Source: Mycobacteriales bacterium
GTDB taxonomy: Bacteria; Actinomycetota; Actinomycetes; Mycobacteriales; SCTD01
Reading direction: 5' to 3'
DNA: 63,621 nucleotides
Assembly (NCBI GenBank): GCA_035540755.1
Contig: DATLGD010000189.1
Location: 1 to 63,621 of the forward strand
The notes beneath the pieces were generated by a model. It did not search any database, was not told where the DNA came from, and saw only the letters and a list, made by a program, of their open reading frames with translations. Below are positions 8,801-18,189 of this stretch, piece by piece. The position numbers were made by a program, and so were the translations under genes. Position 1 is the stretch's first letter. Each line of letters begins with the position of its first letter.

Positions 8801-11800
8801 GTGAGACCGGAACCCTGACCGCCAACAACACCTCCGGCTCACCCGAGCAAGGCCAGCTGACGCTGCTGGAGGACGACGGCGCCCGCACGGTGTTCGACGG
8901 CACCGGCAAGCTGCTGTCGTACACACCGATGGACGTCTCGGGCAAGCCCGCCCCGCTGGCCTACGGCTACAACGGGCCACGGCTGACTGAGATCACCGAC
9001 AGCCTGTCCGGGTTGAAGGTCCGGTTGTCCTACGGCACCGCCGAGGGCCCCGAGGACTGCTATGGCAGCACGGCCGTGCCCAGCGGTGCGGTGGGTGACG
9101 CCCCGGGCGGCAAGCTGTGCCGGATCGTCTTCCCCGACGGCACGCAGAGCACCCTGTGGTACTCCCACGCCACCGACGGCCGGCTGGTCACCATCTTGGA
9201 CCCCGGCGGTGAGCGCACCTCGTTCGGTTATGACAGCAACGGCCGACTCAACGCCGTCCGCGACCCGCTGGCCTCCGATGCGATGGCCGCCGGCATCGTG
9301 CCGGAAAGCGGCGCGAGCGCGACGCTGCTCAACTACGACAGCGGCGGCACCGGCGGGCTCGGTCCCCGCCTGTCGACGGTGACGCTGCCCGAGACCAAGA
9401 ACGCCGCCGGTGTCCTGCAGGCCCGCGGCAAGCGGACCTACACCTACCCGGTCGGGTTCGGGCCTGGGATCACCGGCGCGACCGAGGTCCGCATCGACGG
9501 GCTGAACCCGGCGCCACCGCAGGGCTGGGCCCGGCGGGTGGAGTTCAACGATCGGCTGCAGGCGCTCAAGGACACCGACGCCGCCTCGGTCAGCAGCACG
9601 ACCGCCTACCGCACCGACGACCTGCTGGAGAAGGTCACCGACGGCGACGGCCGGGTCTCCACGACCGTCCACGACGCCGCCAGCCGCCCGGTCGCCCAGT
9701 ACGGCCCGGCGCCGGCGGCGTGCTTCACCGGCCTGACGCCGGTGGCCAACCCGCAGACCGCCGCGGGCTGCGGCACCCTGGTCCCCGAGACCCGCACCGG
9801 CTACGACGAGAACCTCGCCTCGCTGCACGTCGCCTGGTTCGGCAACAAGACCTTCAGCCGCGCCCCGGTCCACCAAAGCCTGGGACTGCCCAGCACCGAC
9901 GGCAGCTTCAACAAGGACTGGGGCACCCTCTCGCCGGTTCCTGGCATCGTGCCGGAGGACAACTTCTCACTGCGGGCCACCGGCCTGATCCGGCTCGACC
10001 AGGCCGGCACCTACACCTTCACCCTGGACGCCGACGACCGGGCCCGGCTGTGGATCGACAACAAGCTCGTCGTCGACCACTGGCCCGACGGCGCCTGGAA
10101 CGGCGCGAAGTCCGCCACCTTCCACAACGCGGTCGCCGGCGCGCTGCTGCCGATCCGGATCGAGCACAACGACACCGGCGGCGGCGCCCGACTCCGGCTG
10201 TCCTGGACACCACCCGGGCAGAGCAGCGCCACCGTCCCGGCATCGGCCTTGTCGCCGGGCTACAACCTGATCACCAGCACCACCACCAGCGACGCCAGTC
10301 CGGACCGGCCCGGCGCGGTCAGCACGCAGCGCACCGTCACCGACTACGGCAGCAAGCCGTGGGAGGGCCTGGCGCAGTCCACCACCGTCGATCCCGGCGG
10401 GCTCAACCTGACCACCCAGGTCCGCTACGACAGCGAACACCGACGCACCCACCGGGCACTGCCCGGCGGCGACGTCGGCGACGCCACCGCCAGATACACC
10501 GACGCCTACTACGGCAACACCGCCACACTGGCCAACCCCTGTCAGGCCGGTAGCCCCGTGCTCAACCAGGCCGGGCGGCTCCTGACCAACACCGCCCCGC
10601 AGTCCTCCAACGGGCAGCAACTCGTCCGCGAGAACGTGTACGACCTCACCGGCCGCGTCCTCGCTTCCCGGACCCGCACCGCGACGCTGCCCAGCACCGA
10701 GCCGTGGACCTGCACCAGCTACGACAACCGCGGCCGGACTCTCACGACCGCCTACGCCAAGGGGTCAGCCGAAGAGCGCGTCGTCACCTCCAATTACGCC
10801 GTCGGCGGGAACCCGCTGGTCACCTCGGTCAGCGACAGGCACGGGACGGTCACCACCCGCGTCGACCTGCTCGGCCGGGCCATCTCCTACACCGACGCGC
10901 ACGGCGTCACGACCACAACCGACTACGACCAGGCTGGCCGGGTCACCAGAACCGAGACCGCGCACAGCGGCGGCGCCGCGATCTCCACCCAATCCTTCGA
11001 CTACGACACCGCCGGACGCCTGGCCGCACACAAGCTCAACGAAGCGGCCGTGGCTGTCCCGTCCTACGACCCGGCCGGGCAGATGTCCGGCGTCAGCTAC
11101 CCCTCCGGCACCGGCAACGGCGGCAACGGAACCGGCGTCACCCTGCAACGCGACCCGACCGGCCGCCTACAGACGCTGACCTGGAACCTGGCCGGTGGCA
11201 CCCTCACCGACACCGTCAGCCGCTCCCAAGCCGGCAACGTCCTGACCGACACCGTCACCTCCACCATCAACGGTGCGGCGGTCCCGATGCCCGCCAGCTA
11301 CCGCTACGACGCAGCCGGCCGGCTCACCTCCGCCGACGTGCACCGACACCGACTCACCTACGCCTTCGCCGCCGCCGGCGGCTGCGGCGCGAACCCCGCC
11401 GCAGGCAAGAACACCAACCGCACCAGCCTGATCGACCAGCCCCTGGACACCGCCGGCACCGCGACCGGACCAGCGATGACCACCACCTACTGCTACGACA
11501 AGGCCGACCGGCTCACCGCCGTCACCGGCGGCGCCACCAGCGCCGGCGGCCCAGACCTCAGCCTGCCCAACACCCTGGACTACGACAGCCACGGCAACAC
11601 CAGCAAGCTCGGCGAGCAGACCCTGGGCTACGACAGCGTCAACCGGCACCTGAGCACCACCGTCACCGGCGCCGACCCCGGCACCGTCACCTACACCCGT
11701 GACGCCACCGACCGGATCATCGCCCGCAGCAGCACCATCGCCAGCGACCCCGGCACCCGTCGCTACGCCTACACCGGCAGCGGCGACACCGCCGACATCA

Positions 11801-12645
11801 CCCTCACCGCCGACGCCACCACCGTCATCGAGCAGCACATCAGCCTGCCCGGCGGCGTCCTCTACACCCACCGACCCACCAGCACCGACCGCACCTGGGC
11901 CTACCCCAATATCCACGGCGACCTCATCGCCACCGCCGGACCGTCAGGCACACTCGCCAGCCAGATCGCCACTTATGACCCCTACGGCCAGCCCATCGAC
12001 CCGGTCACCGGAGCCATCGGCAAGGTCGGCACACCCGCCGCCGACGACCACGTCCCGGACACCAGCAACGGACAGCTCGACTACGGCTGGCTCGGCCAGC
12101 ACCAGCGCCCCTACGAGCACGCCTCAACGATCGCCACCGTCGAGATGGGCGCCCGGCAGTACGTCCCAGCGCTCGGGCGCTTCCTGTCCGTCGACCCTGT
12201 GGAGGGCGGCAGCGCAAACGACTACGACTACACCGATGGCGACCCCGTCAACGCACTTGATCTTGACGGCACGTTCTCCGTCCGGGGTCATTTCAAGAAG
12301 CACTGGAAGAAGTACGCGACCGTGGCGTCGTTCGCCGTCGGCGGCGGAGTTGTCGGTGGTGCAGTCTTCGCGTACCGCGCCTACCGGATCGTTCAAGCAG
12401 CCAGGGCCACACAGGGGATGGCTGGAGGTATAAGAGCAACACGAGCCACGTCTTGGCTCGCAGGGAGGATGTGGACAGGCGTGGGCTCAAGGTCGACTCC
12501 CGTGGGGCGAATTAGTAGCGACGGCCTCCGCCAGTACAGAACGCCGAAGTTCAAGCCCAAGCAAGGCAAGGTTCAGAGCAACTTCGAGTCGCGGTCTTCC
12601 CCCAAGGGAAGATGGCTCAACAACTACCACGTGGACATCCGCTGA
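5876..12645 (+). CDS. Rhs/YD-repeat polymorphic toxin with signal peptide and two PA14 domains; reading frame interrupted once near 7758 (frameshift or sequencing error)
   Basis: - N-terminus: [34 protein letters not shown] (Sec-type signal, AxA site).
- PA14-like segments: TATYYEDAD...[30 protein letters not shown] and [11 protein letters not shown]...[34 protein letters not shown].
- Many YD repeats, for example [37 protein letters not shown] and [10 protein letters not shown].
- Core end: [42 protein letters not shown], followed by a ~135-aa unique tip.
- The ORF track splits the gene into 5819..7768 and 7147..12645. The frames join if one base is added in 7755-7761 (CCC run at 7758-7760). 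Confidence 0.85.
11962..12078 (+). repeat. 117-bp segment of the rhs core, perfectly duplicated at 12933-13049 (direct repeat)
   Basis: The sequence cagatcgccacttatgacccc...aacggacagctc is identical base for base in both places. Identity then falls to roughly 80% through about 13205. Confidence 0.9.
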
Positions 12646-12884
12646 TGGATGAGCCGGCCATGTTCACGGGTCGCGTTGGCAGAGTCCGCCGCGGCCCACA
12701 CAGTGAGATGTATGTGCAGGTGGAGCAAGACGAGACGAAGTACGGCTGGCACATTTGGCTCACGGCGAACCACCCTCGGCTGGGGCCGTCGGACGGGTGG
12801 GACATCTGGGCAGACACATGGGACCAAGTGCTTGAGTGGATAGATCACGAGAATCTCGATGTCGAGTGGCTGTCGAGGGACTAG
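12645..12884 (+). CDS. Putative immunity protein for the main Rhs toxin tip (79 aa, acidic, Trp-rich)
   Basis: ATG 12645 shares its A with the rhs TGA stop (12643-12645), a TGATG coupling. The sequence is [12 protein letters not shown]...GWHIWLTANHP...WDIWADTWDQVLEWIDHENLDVEWLSRD. An alternative in-frame ATG lies at 12612, inside rhs. No family was recognised. Confidence 0.65.
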   Translation: MDEPAMFTGRVGRVRRGPHSEMYVQVEQDETKYGWHIWLTANHPRLGPSDGWDIWADTWDQVLEWIDHENLDVEWLSRD

Positions 12885-13559
12885 TCGCCGAGCTTTCAGG
12901 GACTCCTCCGATCGCCTTGTCTTCTCAGACGGCAGATCGCCACTTATGACCCCTACGGCCAGCCCATCGACCCGGTCACCGGAGCCATCGGCAAGGTCGG
13001 CACACCCGCCGCCGACGACCACGTCCCGGACACCAGCAACGGACAGCTCTACTACGGCTGGCTCGGCCAGCACCAACGGCCCTATGAGCACGTCTCGTCG
13101 ATCGCGACGATCGAGATGGGCGCTCGGCAATACGTGGCGTCTCTTGGGCGATTCCTGAGCACCGATCCGATCGAGGGGGGCAGCGCAAACGAATACGACT
13201 ATGTCAATGCTGACCCCGGCAACGACCTCGATCTGGACGGCCGTGCGCCTCAGTGCAAGAACGGGACTATGTACGTCAACCCCAGCACTGGCTCCGCCCA
13301 TAACAACAGCTGCACCAGGAAGGTGACGAAGTCGAGGCAGGCACACTCAACCCGCATGTCTGGCCGATTCTCGTTCAGCCGAGCGTGCCTGTACGGCGCG
13401 ACTCTCGGCGTAGCCGGTGAGGCTGCCACGGGGAATACTGGAGGGCGGGGGAGACTGCTCAAGAAGGCGAAGCGGTTGCGCTTCGGAGTAGGTGGCTGCA
13501 TGGCCGCCGGCGTCATCGAGCCCGGCATCAACGCTGTCAGAAGGACGCCTCGGCCATGA
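12885..13559 (+). CDS. Orphan Rhs C-terminal module without a start codon (core end plus Gly/Ala-rich toxin tip)
   Basis: The frame opens right after the TAG of the immunity gene. It encodes [103 protein letters not shown], then a ~105-aa tip. There is no ATG/GTG/TTG in frame before ATG 13116. Confidence 0.75.
   Translation, partial: SPSFQGLLRSPCLLRRQIATYDPYGQPIDPVTGAIGKVGTPAADDHVPDTSNGQLYYGWLGQHQRPYEHVSSIATIEMGARQYVASLGRFLSTDPIEGGSANEYDYVNADPGNDLDLDGRAPQCKNGTMYVNPSTGSAHNNSCTRKVTKSRQAHSTRMSGRFSFSRACLYGATLGVAGEAATGNTGGRGRLLKKAKRLRFGVGGCMAAGVIEPGINAVRRTPRP
12933..13049 (+). repeat. Direct-repeat partner of 11962-12078 at the head of the downstream orphan module
   Basis: See 11962-12078. The first mismatch is at 13050 (t versus g at 12079). 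Confidence 0.9.
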
Positions 13560-13777
13560 CGGGACGGCCCGGAGGCGCCATGAAGAACGTCCGATGGAAC
13601 GTAGAAGTCATCCGGTTCGTCGCAACGATGGTCGCAATCGTCGCGGTCATACATGCCGCAAGGGACGACCCGGCCTTCGATAGCTTGCTGACCAAGGCGC
13701 TGTCCGTCGTGGTGCTCGCACTAATCATATTGTTTCTCTGGGAATGGCTAATCAAGCGGCGCAGAGGGAGTGATTGA
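13556..13777 (+). CDS. Small two-TM membrane protein, putative immunity for the downstream orphan toxin
   Basis: There is an ATGA overlap with the orphan stop (13556-13559). Two hydrophobic spans are visible: [18 protein letters not shown] and [19 protein letters not shown]. Confidence 0.6.
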   Translation: MTGRPGGAMKNVRWNVEVIRFVATMVAIVAVIHAARDDPAFDSLLTKALSVVVLALIILFLWEWLIKRRRGSD

Positions 13778-14148
13778 TCGAAAATGCGCTGGAATGGACG
13801 CCCCCTCCCGGGCAAGCGTGTGCATAGGCACACCGTTCGGCCGAGGCCGCCGAGCCACCCATAAGCCCTGCTCTGCCCGCGCTGGGACACTGCCGAGGTT
13901 CCCGTGGGGCACGGTGGACGGCGCGAGCCGGAAGATTCCATCGCAGCGGATGTCCGCCGCCAGCTGTCTGGCGACAAGGCGCCGCCTCGTGGTCGCGTGG
14001 GGGTCAGGAGTTGCCCGCCCCTCGTGGCCCGCTTCGGCCAGCGGGTTGGCGCTACAGCGAGGGACTCCGCAGCGTTGACTGCCGGCGGCGCGAGCGTTCT
14101 CTGCGCCTCGTTCAACGGTGTGCCCAGCCACCGCTTCCGGCCGGACCG

Positions 14149-14337
14149 TCACTGCTGCGGCGGGCCGCCGTTGCGGTAGGCGACCACCATCGACAAGACG
14201 ATCGCCACGAACGCCGCGCTCGCGAGGGCGTCGCGCACGGCGGTGTCCGCCGTCGCCTCCGTCCCGGTCGTGCGGGCGACCCAGCTGACGAGGCCGGTCA
14301 GGACGCCGACGAGCACCGCGAACGGGTAGGTCCACAC
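14149..14337 (-). CDS. Small hypothetical membrane protein (62 aa)
   Basis: There are two hydrophobic segments (PFAVLVGVLTGLVSWVA and AAFVAIVLSMVVAY), and third-codon positions are strongly G/C. No family was recognised. Confidence 0.4.
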   Translation of the reverse strand: MWTYPFAVLVGVLTGLVSWVARTTGTEATADTAVRDALASAAFVAIVLSMVVAYRNGGPPQQ

Positions 14338-14414
14338 GCCGTCCCCCTTCGACGCCCAGGGCGCAGGCCCTGCCGTGCCGTCCGCGCTGTGCCGTCCGGA
14401 TAGGGTCGCAGGCG

Positions 14415-15143
14415 ATGCCCGACCTCCGCCAGAACACCGTGCTCACCGCCGACCGCCGCGACGTCGTGCTGCACACCGCCGACGGGCTCGAGCTCGTCGG
14501 CGAGCTCGCCCTCCCGGTGGACCGGCCGCCCGTGGCGACCCTGCTGTGCCTGCACCCGCTGCCCACACAGGGCGGCTTCATGGACAGCCACCTGCTCAAG
14601 AAGGCGTCCTACCGGCTCCCGGCCCTGGCCGACCTGGCCGTGCTGCGCTTCAACACCCGCGGGACGTCGAGCCCGCGCGGCACGAGCCAGGGCAGCTTCG
14701 GCCACGCGCAGGACGAGAAGCTCGACGTGGCAGCGGCTCTGGACCTGTGCGAGGCCGAGGACCTGCCGGCGATCTGGCTGCTCGGCTGGTCCTTCGGCAC
14801 CGACCTCGCCCTCATGTACGGCTGCGACCCGTCCGTCGTCGGCGCCGTGCTGATCAGCCCACCGCTGCGGTTCTCCCAGCCCGAGCACCTGCAGCAGTGG
14901 GCCGACTCCGGCAAGCCCCTCACCGCGCTGGTGCCCGAGCACGACGACTTCCTGCGGCCGGCCGAGGCGCGGAAGCGCTTCGCCGCGGTGCCGCAGGCCG
15001 ACATCGTCGCCGTGGAGGGCGCCAAGCACCTGTTCGTCGGCTTCACCGAGACGGTGCTCGACGAGGTCGTCCAGCGGGTCGTGCCCGACGCGCACCCGCT
15101 GCCCCGCACCGTTCCCGACTCCCTCGTCCAGGAGACGCCATGA
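14415..15143 (+). CDS. Alpha/beta hydrolase
   Basis: 242 aa with the nucleophile elbow LLGWSFGTDLAL and typical N-terminal ...LCLHPLPTQGG. Confidence 0.75.
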   Translation: MPDLRQNTVLTADRRDVVLHTADGLELVGELALPVDRPPVATLLCLHPLPTQGGFMDSHLLKKASYRLPALADLAVLRFNTRGTSSPRGTSQGSFGHAQDEKLDVAAALDLCEAEDLPAIWLLGWSFGTDLALMYGCDPSVVGAVLISPPLRFSQPEHLQQWADSGKPLTALVPEHDDFLRPAEARKRFAAVPQADIVAVEGAKHLFVGFTETVLDEVVQRVVPDAHPLPRTVPDSLVQETP

Positions 15144-15901
15144 CCTCCTTCGACCTGTCCGGCAGGGCCGCGCTCGTCACCGGTGCCTCCCGTGGCATCG
15201 GCCGGGCGGTGGCGGTCGGGCTTGCCGCCGCGGGCGCCGACGTCGCCGTCTCCGCCCGCAACGAGGACCAGTTGGCCGAGGTGGCGGCCGAGGTAGAGGC
15301 GCTCGGCCGCAAGGCCGTCGTGCTGCCCGCCGACGTCACGGACGCCGAGGCCTGCCGCAGCCTGGCCGCGGACGCTGTGGCTGCGCTCGGCCACGTCGAC
15401 GTGCTCGTCAACAACGCCGGCGGCTCGTCCTACATGGGTCCTTTCACCGAGCTGCGCTTCTCCGGCTGGGAGAAGGTCATGCGGCTCAACGTCGACTCGA
15501 TCGTGCACCTGACCCAGGCGGTCGGCCGGCACATGCTGGAGCGCGGCAGCGGCAGCGTCGTCAACGTCGCCTCCGTGGCCGGGTTGACCGGCACCCCGAC
15601 GCTCGCCCCCTACGGCGCCAGCAAGGCGGCGGTCATCTCCCTCACCAAGTCGCTCGCGCTCGAGTGGGGGCCGCAGGGGGTCCGGGTGAACGCGCTGTGC
15701 CCCGGCTGGACCCGGACCGACCTGAACCGCGACCTGTGGGGCGACGAGGGGCTGGCCCGCATGATGGTCGAGCCGACCGCGCTGAAGCGCTGGGCGGAGG
15801 CGCACGAGATGGTCGGGCCGACCGTGTTCCTCGCCAGCGACGCGTCGTCCTACCTCACCGGGCAGGCGCTGGTCGTCGACGGCGGCCAGACCGCCGGCTG
15901 A
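15140..15901 (+). CDS. SDR-family oxidoreductase
   Basis: Motifs VTGASRGIGRAV, NNAG and YGASKAAV are present. ATGA overlap with the upstream gene. Confidence 0.9.
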   Translation: MTSFDLSGRAALVTGASRGIGRAVAVGLAAAGADVAVSARNEDQLAEVAAEVEALGRKAVVLPADVTDAEACRSLAADAVAALGHVDVLVNNAGGSSYMGPFTELRFSGWEKVMRLNVDSIVHLTQAVGRHMLERGSGSVVNVASVAGLTGTPTLAPYGASKAAVISLTKSLALEWGPQGVRVNALCPGWTRTDLNRDLWGDEGLARMMVEPTALKRWAEAHEMVGPTVFLASDASSYLTGQALVVDGGQTAG

Positions 15902-15919
15902 CGGCCGGGGGCGCGCCGC

Positions 15920-17155
15920 TCAGCCCGGCGGCCGGATGCCGGTCTGGTCCGTCGGCTGCCCCGCTGCGGCAGGGGGCGACCCGGGGAGCGGCTCGAGCTG
16001 GGCGAGGTGCTGCCGGACGTAGCGCACGACCACTGCCACGACGGCCACGACCGGCACCGCCAGGAACGCCCCGGTGATGCCTGCGAGGGTGCCGCCGGCC
16101 GTGACCGCGAGGATGACGACGGCCGGGTGGAGGTCGAGGGTCCGGCCGACGAGGACTGGCTGCAGGACGTTCCCCTCGAGCTGCTGCACGATCAGCACCA
16201 ACGCCACCACGACCAGCGCGCTGGTGACGCCGTTGGTCACCAGGGCCACCAGCGCCGCGAGCGCTCCGGTGACCACGGCGCCGATGATCGGGATGAACGC
16301 GCCGAAGAAGATGAGCACCGCCAGCGGCAGCGCCAGCGGCACGCCGAGGACCGCCAGCCCGATGCCGATGGCGACGGCGTCGACGAACCCGACGGCGGCC
16401 TGGGCCCGGATGAAGCCGGACAGCGTCACCCACGCCCGCTGGCCGACGGCGGACACGTGCGGCGCGGCCCGCGGTCCGACCAGTCCGCCGAGCCACGGCA
16501 GGAACTTCGGTCCGTCCTTGAGGAAGAAGAAGCACAGCACGACCGCCAGCAACCCGGTCAGCAGGAGCGAGCCGGCCGCGACGGCACCGGTGAGGACGCG
16601 GCCGGCGATGTTCTGGGCGTTGGCCTGCAGCGAGCTGATGACGTTGTCGACCGCGTTGCCGATCACGTCCTGGCCCAGGTTCAGCGGCGGCCCGGTGACG
16701 AGCTCCTGCAGGTTGTCGAGGCCCGCCACCACCTGGTCGGCGATCTCCTGCGCCTGGCCGGTCACCTGAGGCGCGAGCACGGCGACCGTCGCGGTCAGCA
16801 GGAGGACGCCGGCCAGCAGGACGGCAGCTGCCGACAGCGCGGGCGGTGCACCGCGGCGGCGCAGGAAGCGCACCGGCGGCCAGAACACCGTCGCGAGCAG
16901 CAGGCCGAGCAGCACCGGCAGGACGATGACCCACAGCCGGCTGAGGACGACGCCCACGAGCAGGACGGCTGCGGAGATGAGCAGCAGGCGCAGCGAGAAG
17001 GTGGCCAGCCGGGCGGTCGCCGTGCCGACGAGCGCCTCACGCGGGTGCGCTGAGGGGGGGAGCCGGCGGTGGGGCTCCGGTGTCGGCGTCACCTGGTCGG
17101 CCTCGACGCGCGTCGGGTCCGCGACAGGCGCGCCGTCGGAGGGGGGAGTGGTCAC
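15920..17155 (-). CDS. AI-2E family (PerM/UPF0118) transporter
   Basis: Multi-TM protein with sequences such as ...FIPIIGAVVTGALAALVALV...QQLEGNVLQPVLVGRTLDLHPAVVILAV. The start is uncertain (GTG 17155 or 17170). The ORF track extends to 17326, but that would overlap the upstream gene. Confidence 0.8.
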   Translation of the reverse strand: MTTPPSDGAPVADPTRVEADQVTPTPEPHRRLPPSAHPREALVGTATARLATFSLRLLLISAAVLLVGVVLSRLWVIVLPVLLGLLLATVFWPPVRFLRRRGAPPALSAAAVLLAGVLLLTATVAVLAPQVTGQAQEIADQVVAGLDNLQELVTGPPLNLGQDVIGNAVDNVISSLQANAQNIAGRVLTGAVAAGSLLLTGLLAVVLCFFFLKDGPKFLPWLGGLVGPRAAPHVSAVGQRAWVTLSGFIRAQAAVGFVDAVAIGIGLAVLGVPLALPLAVLIFFGAFIPIIGAVVTGALAALVALVTNGVTSALVVVALVLIVQQLEGNVLQPVLVGRTLDLHPAVVILAVTAGGTLAGITGAFLAVPVVAVVAVVVRYVRQHLAQLEPLPGSPPAAAGQPTDQTGIRPPG

Positions 17156-17222
17156 CGGGAAATCCTGCACCAGGCCGGCGCCGTGAGGCGCGCTGGTCCG
17201 GTCCCGCGCGGACCCGAACGGG

Positions 17223-18098
17223 TCAGCCCTGCGGCTCGCCCCGACCCGAGCCGCGCTCGAACCGGCGGGTCTGGTCGGCGTCGCCCGGGGGTGCGGCGGA
17301 CGGCGCGGGGGGCGGCATCGCGGCACCCATCGTGCCGACGGCGGCGGCGATGGCGTCGCGCAGCTGGCCGAGCTGCTGCACGAGCGTGTCGCGCTGGCGG
17401 GTCAGCTGCTGCACCTCGCGCGAGACCTCGACGCGGGCCTGGGAGGCCTCCTTCTGCGTCTGCTCGTGCAGCAGGCGCACGTCGGCGCGGGCGGTCTCGA
17501 GCTGCTTGGCGGCGTCGCGCTCGGCGTCGGCGCGCAGGGCCTCGGCGCGGGCCTTGGCCTGCTCCAGCTCGCGCTCGGCTTCGCGGGCGGCGCGCGAGCG
17601 CACCGACTCGGCGTCCTTCTGGGCCTCGAGCCGGGCGGTCTCGGCCTCGCGCTGCGCCGTCTCGACCTCGCGCTCGCGCTTCTCGAGCACCTTGGTGCGC
17701 TCGGCGTTCTCGGCCGCGGCCTGCTCCTTCGCGGCGCCGAGCAGCGCGTCGGCCTCGGCTCGGGCGCTGCCCCGGATGGCCGCGGCCTCCTCCTCGGCCA
17801 GCTCGAGCATCTTGCGCAGCCGCTCGCCGACGAGCGCGGCCGGCTCCGGGCGGCCGGAGGCGCGCCGCTCGGTCTCGGACAGGCGGGCGGTCAGCTCGCC
17901 CACCTGGCGCTCGAGCGCGGCGATGCGACGGCCGTCCTCGGCGTGCCGCTCGTCGGCGTCGTTGAGGGCGACCTCGACCCGGTCGAGGTACTCCTCGACC
18001 TGGCGCGGGTCGTAGCCGCGCAGCACGTGGCGGAAGCCGCTGGGTTGCGCGTCGTCGTCCGTCAGAGGTACGAGGTCGTCCATCGTCTCGCTCGTCAT
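17223..18098 (-). CDS. DivIVA-domain coiled-coil protein
   Basis: The N-terminus reads FRHVLRGYDPRQVEEYLDRV. A long Ala/Glu/Arg coiled-coil and a Pro-rich tail follow. Confidence 0.8.
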   Translation of the reverse strand: MTSETMDDLVPLTDDDAQPSGFRHVLRGYDPRQVEEYLDRVEVALNDADERHAEDGRRIAALERQVGELTARLSETERRASGRPEPAALVGERLRKMLELAEEEAAAIRGSARAEADALLGAAKEQAAAENAERTKVLEKREREVETAQREAETARLEAQKDAESVRSRAAREAERELEQAKARAEALRADAERDAAKQLETARADVRLLHEQTQKEASQARVEVSREVQQLTRQRDTLVQQLGQLRDAIAAAVGTMGAAMPPPAPSAAPPGDADQTRRFERGSGRGEPQG

Positions 18099-18189
18099 GC
18101 TGCTTGTAGTACCACCGCGCGGGCCGTCGGACGCGGAGGCACGACGGTACGTGATGCGACCGACTCCGGCGCCGGAGGGCAGGTGCCGG

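Noticed and set aside
1-12231. Idea that the RIT tyrosine recombinases act as the invertase for the rhs inverted repeats (shufflon-like)
   Set aside because: The RIT half-site TTATGCCGA or its complement was seen only at the element's own ends (1-3396) and not at or near 5413-5676 or 11968-12231. The rhs repeats look like substrates for homologous recombination, not site-specific recombination.
13748-14599. 283-aa minus-strand ORF spanning the island border
   Set aside because: The composition is low-complexity and Arg-rich. It overlaps the better-supported small membrane ORF and the start of the hydrolase gene, and no motif was recognised.
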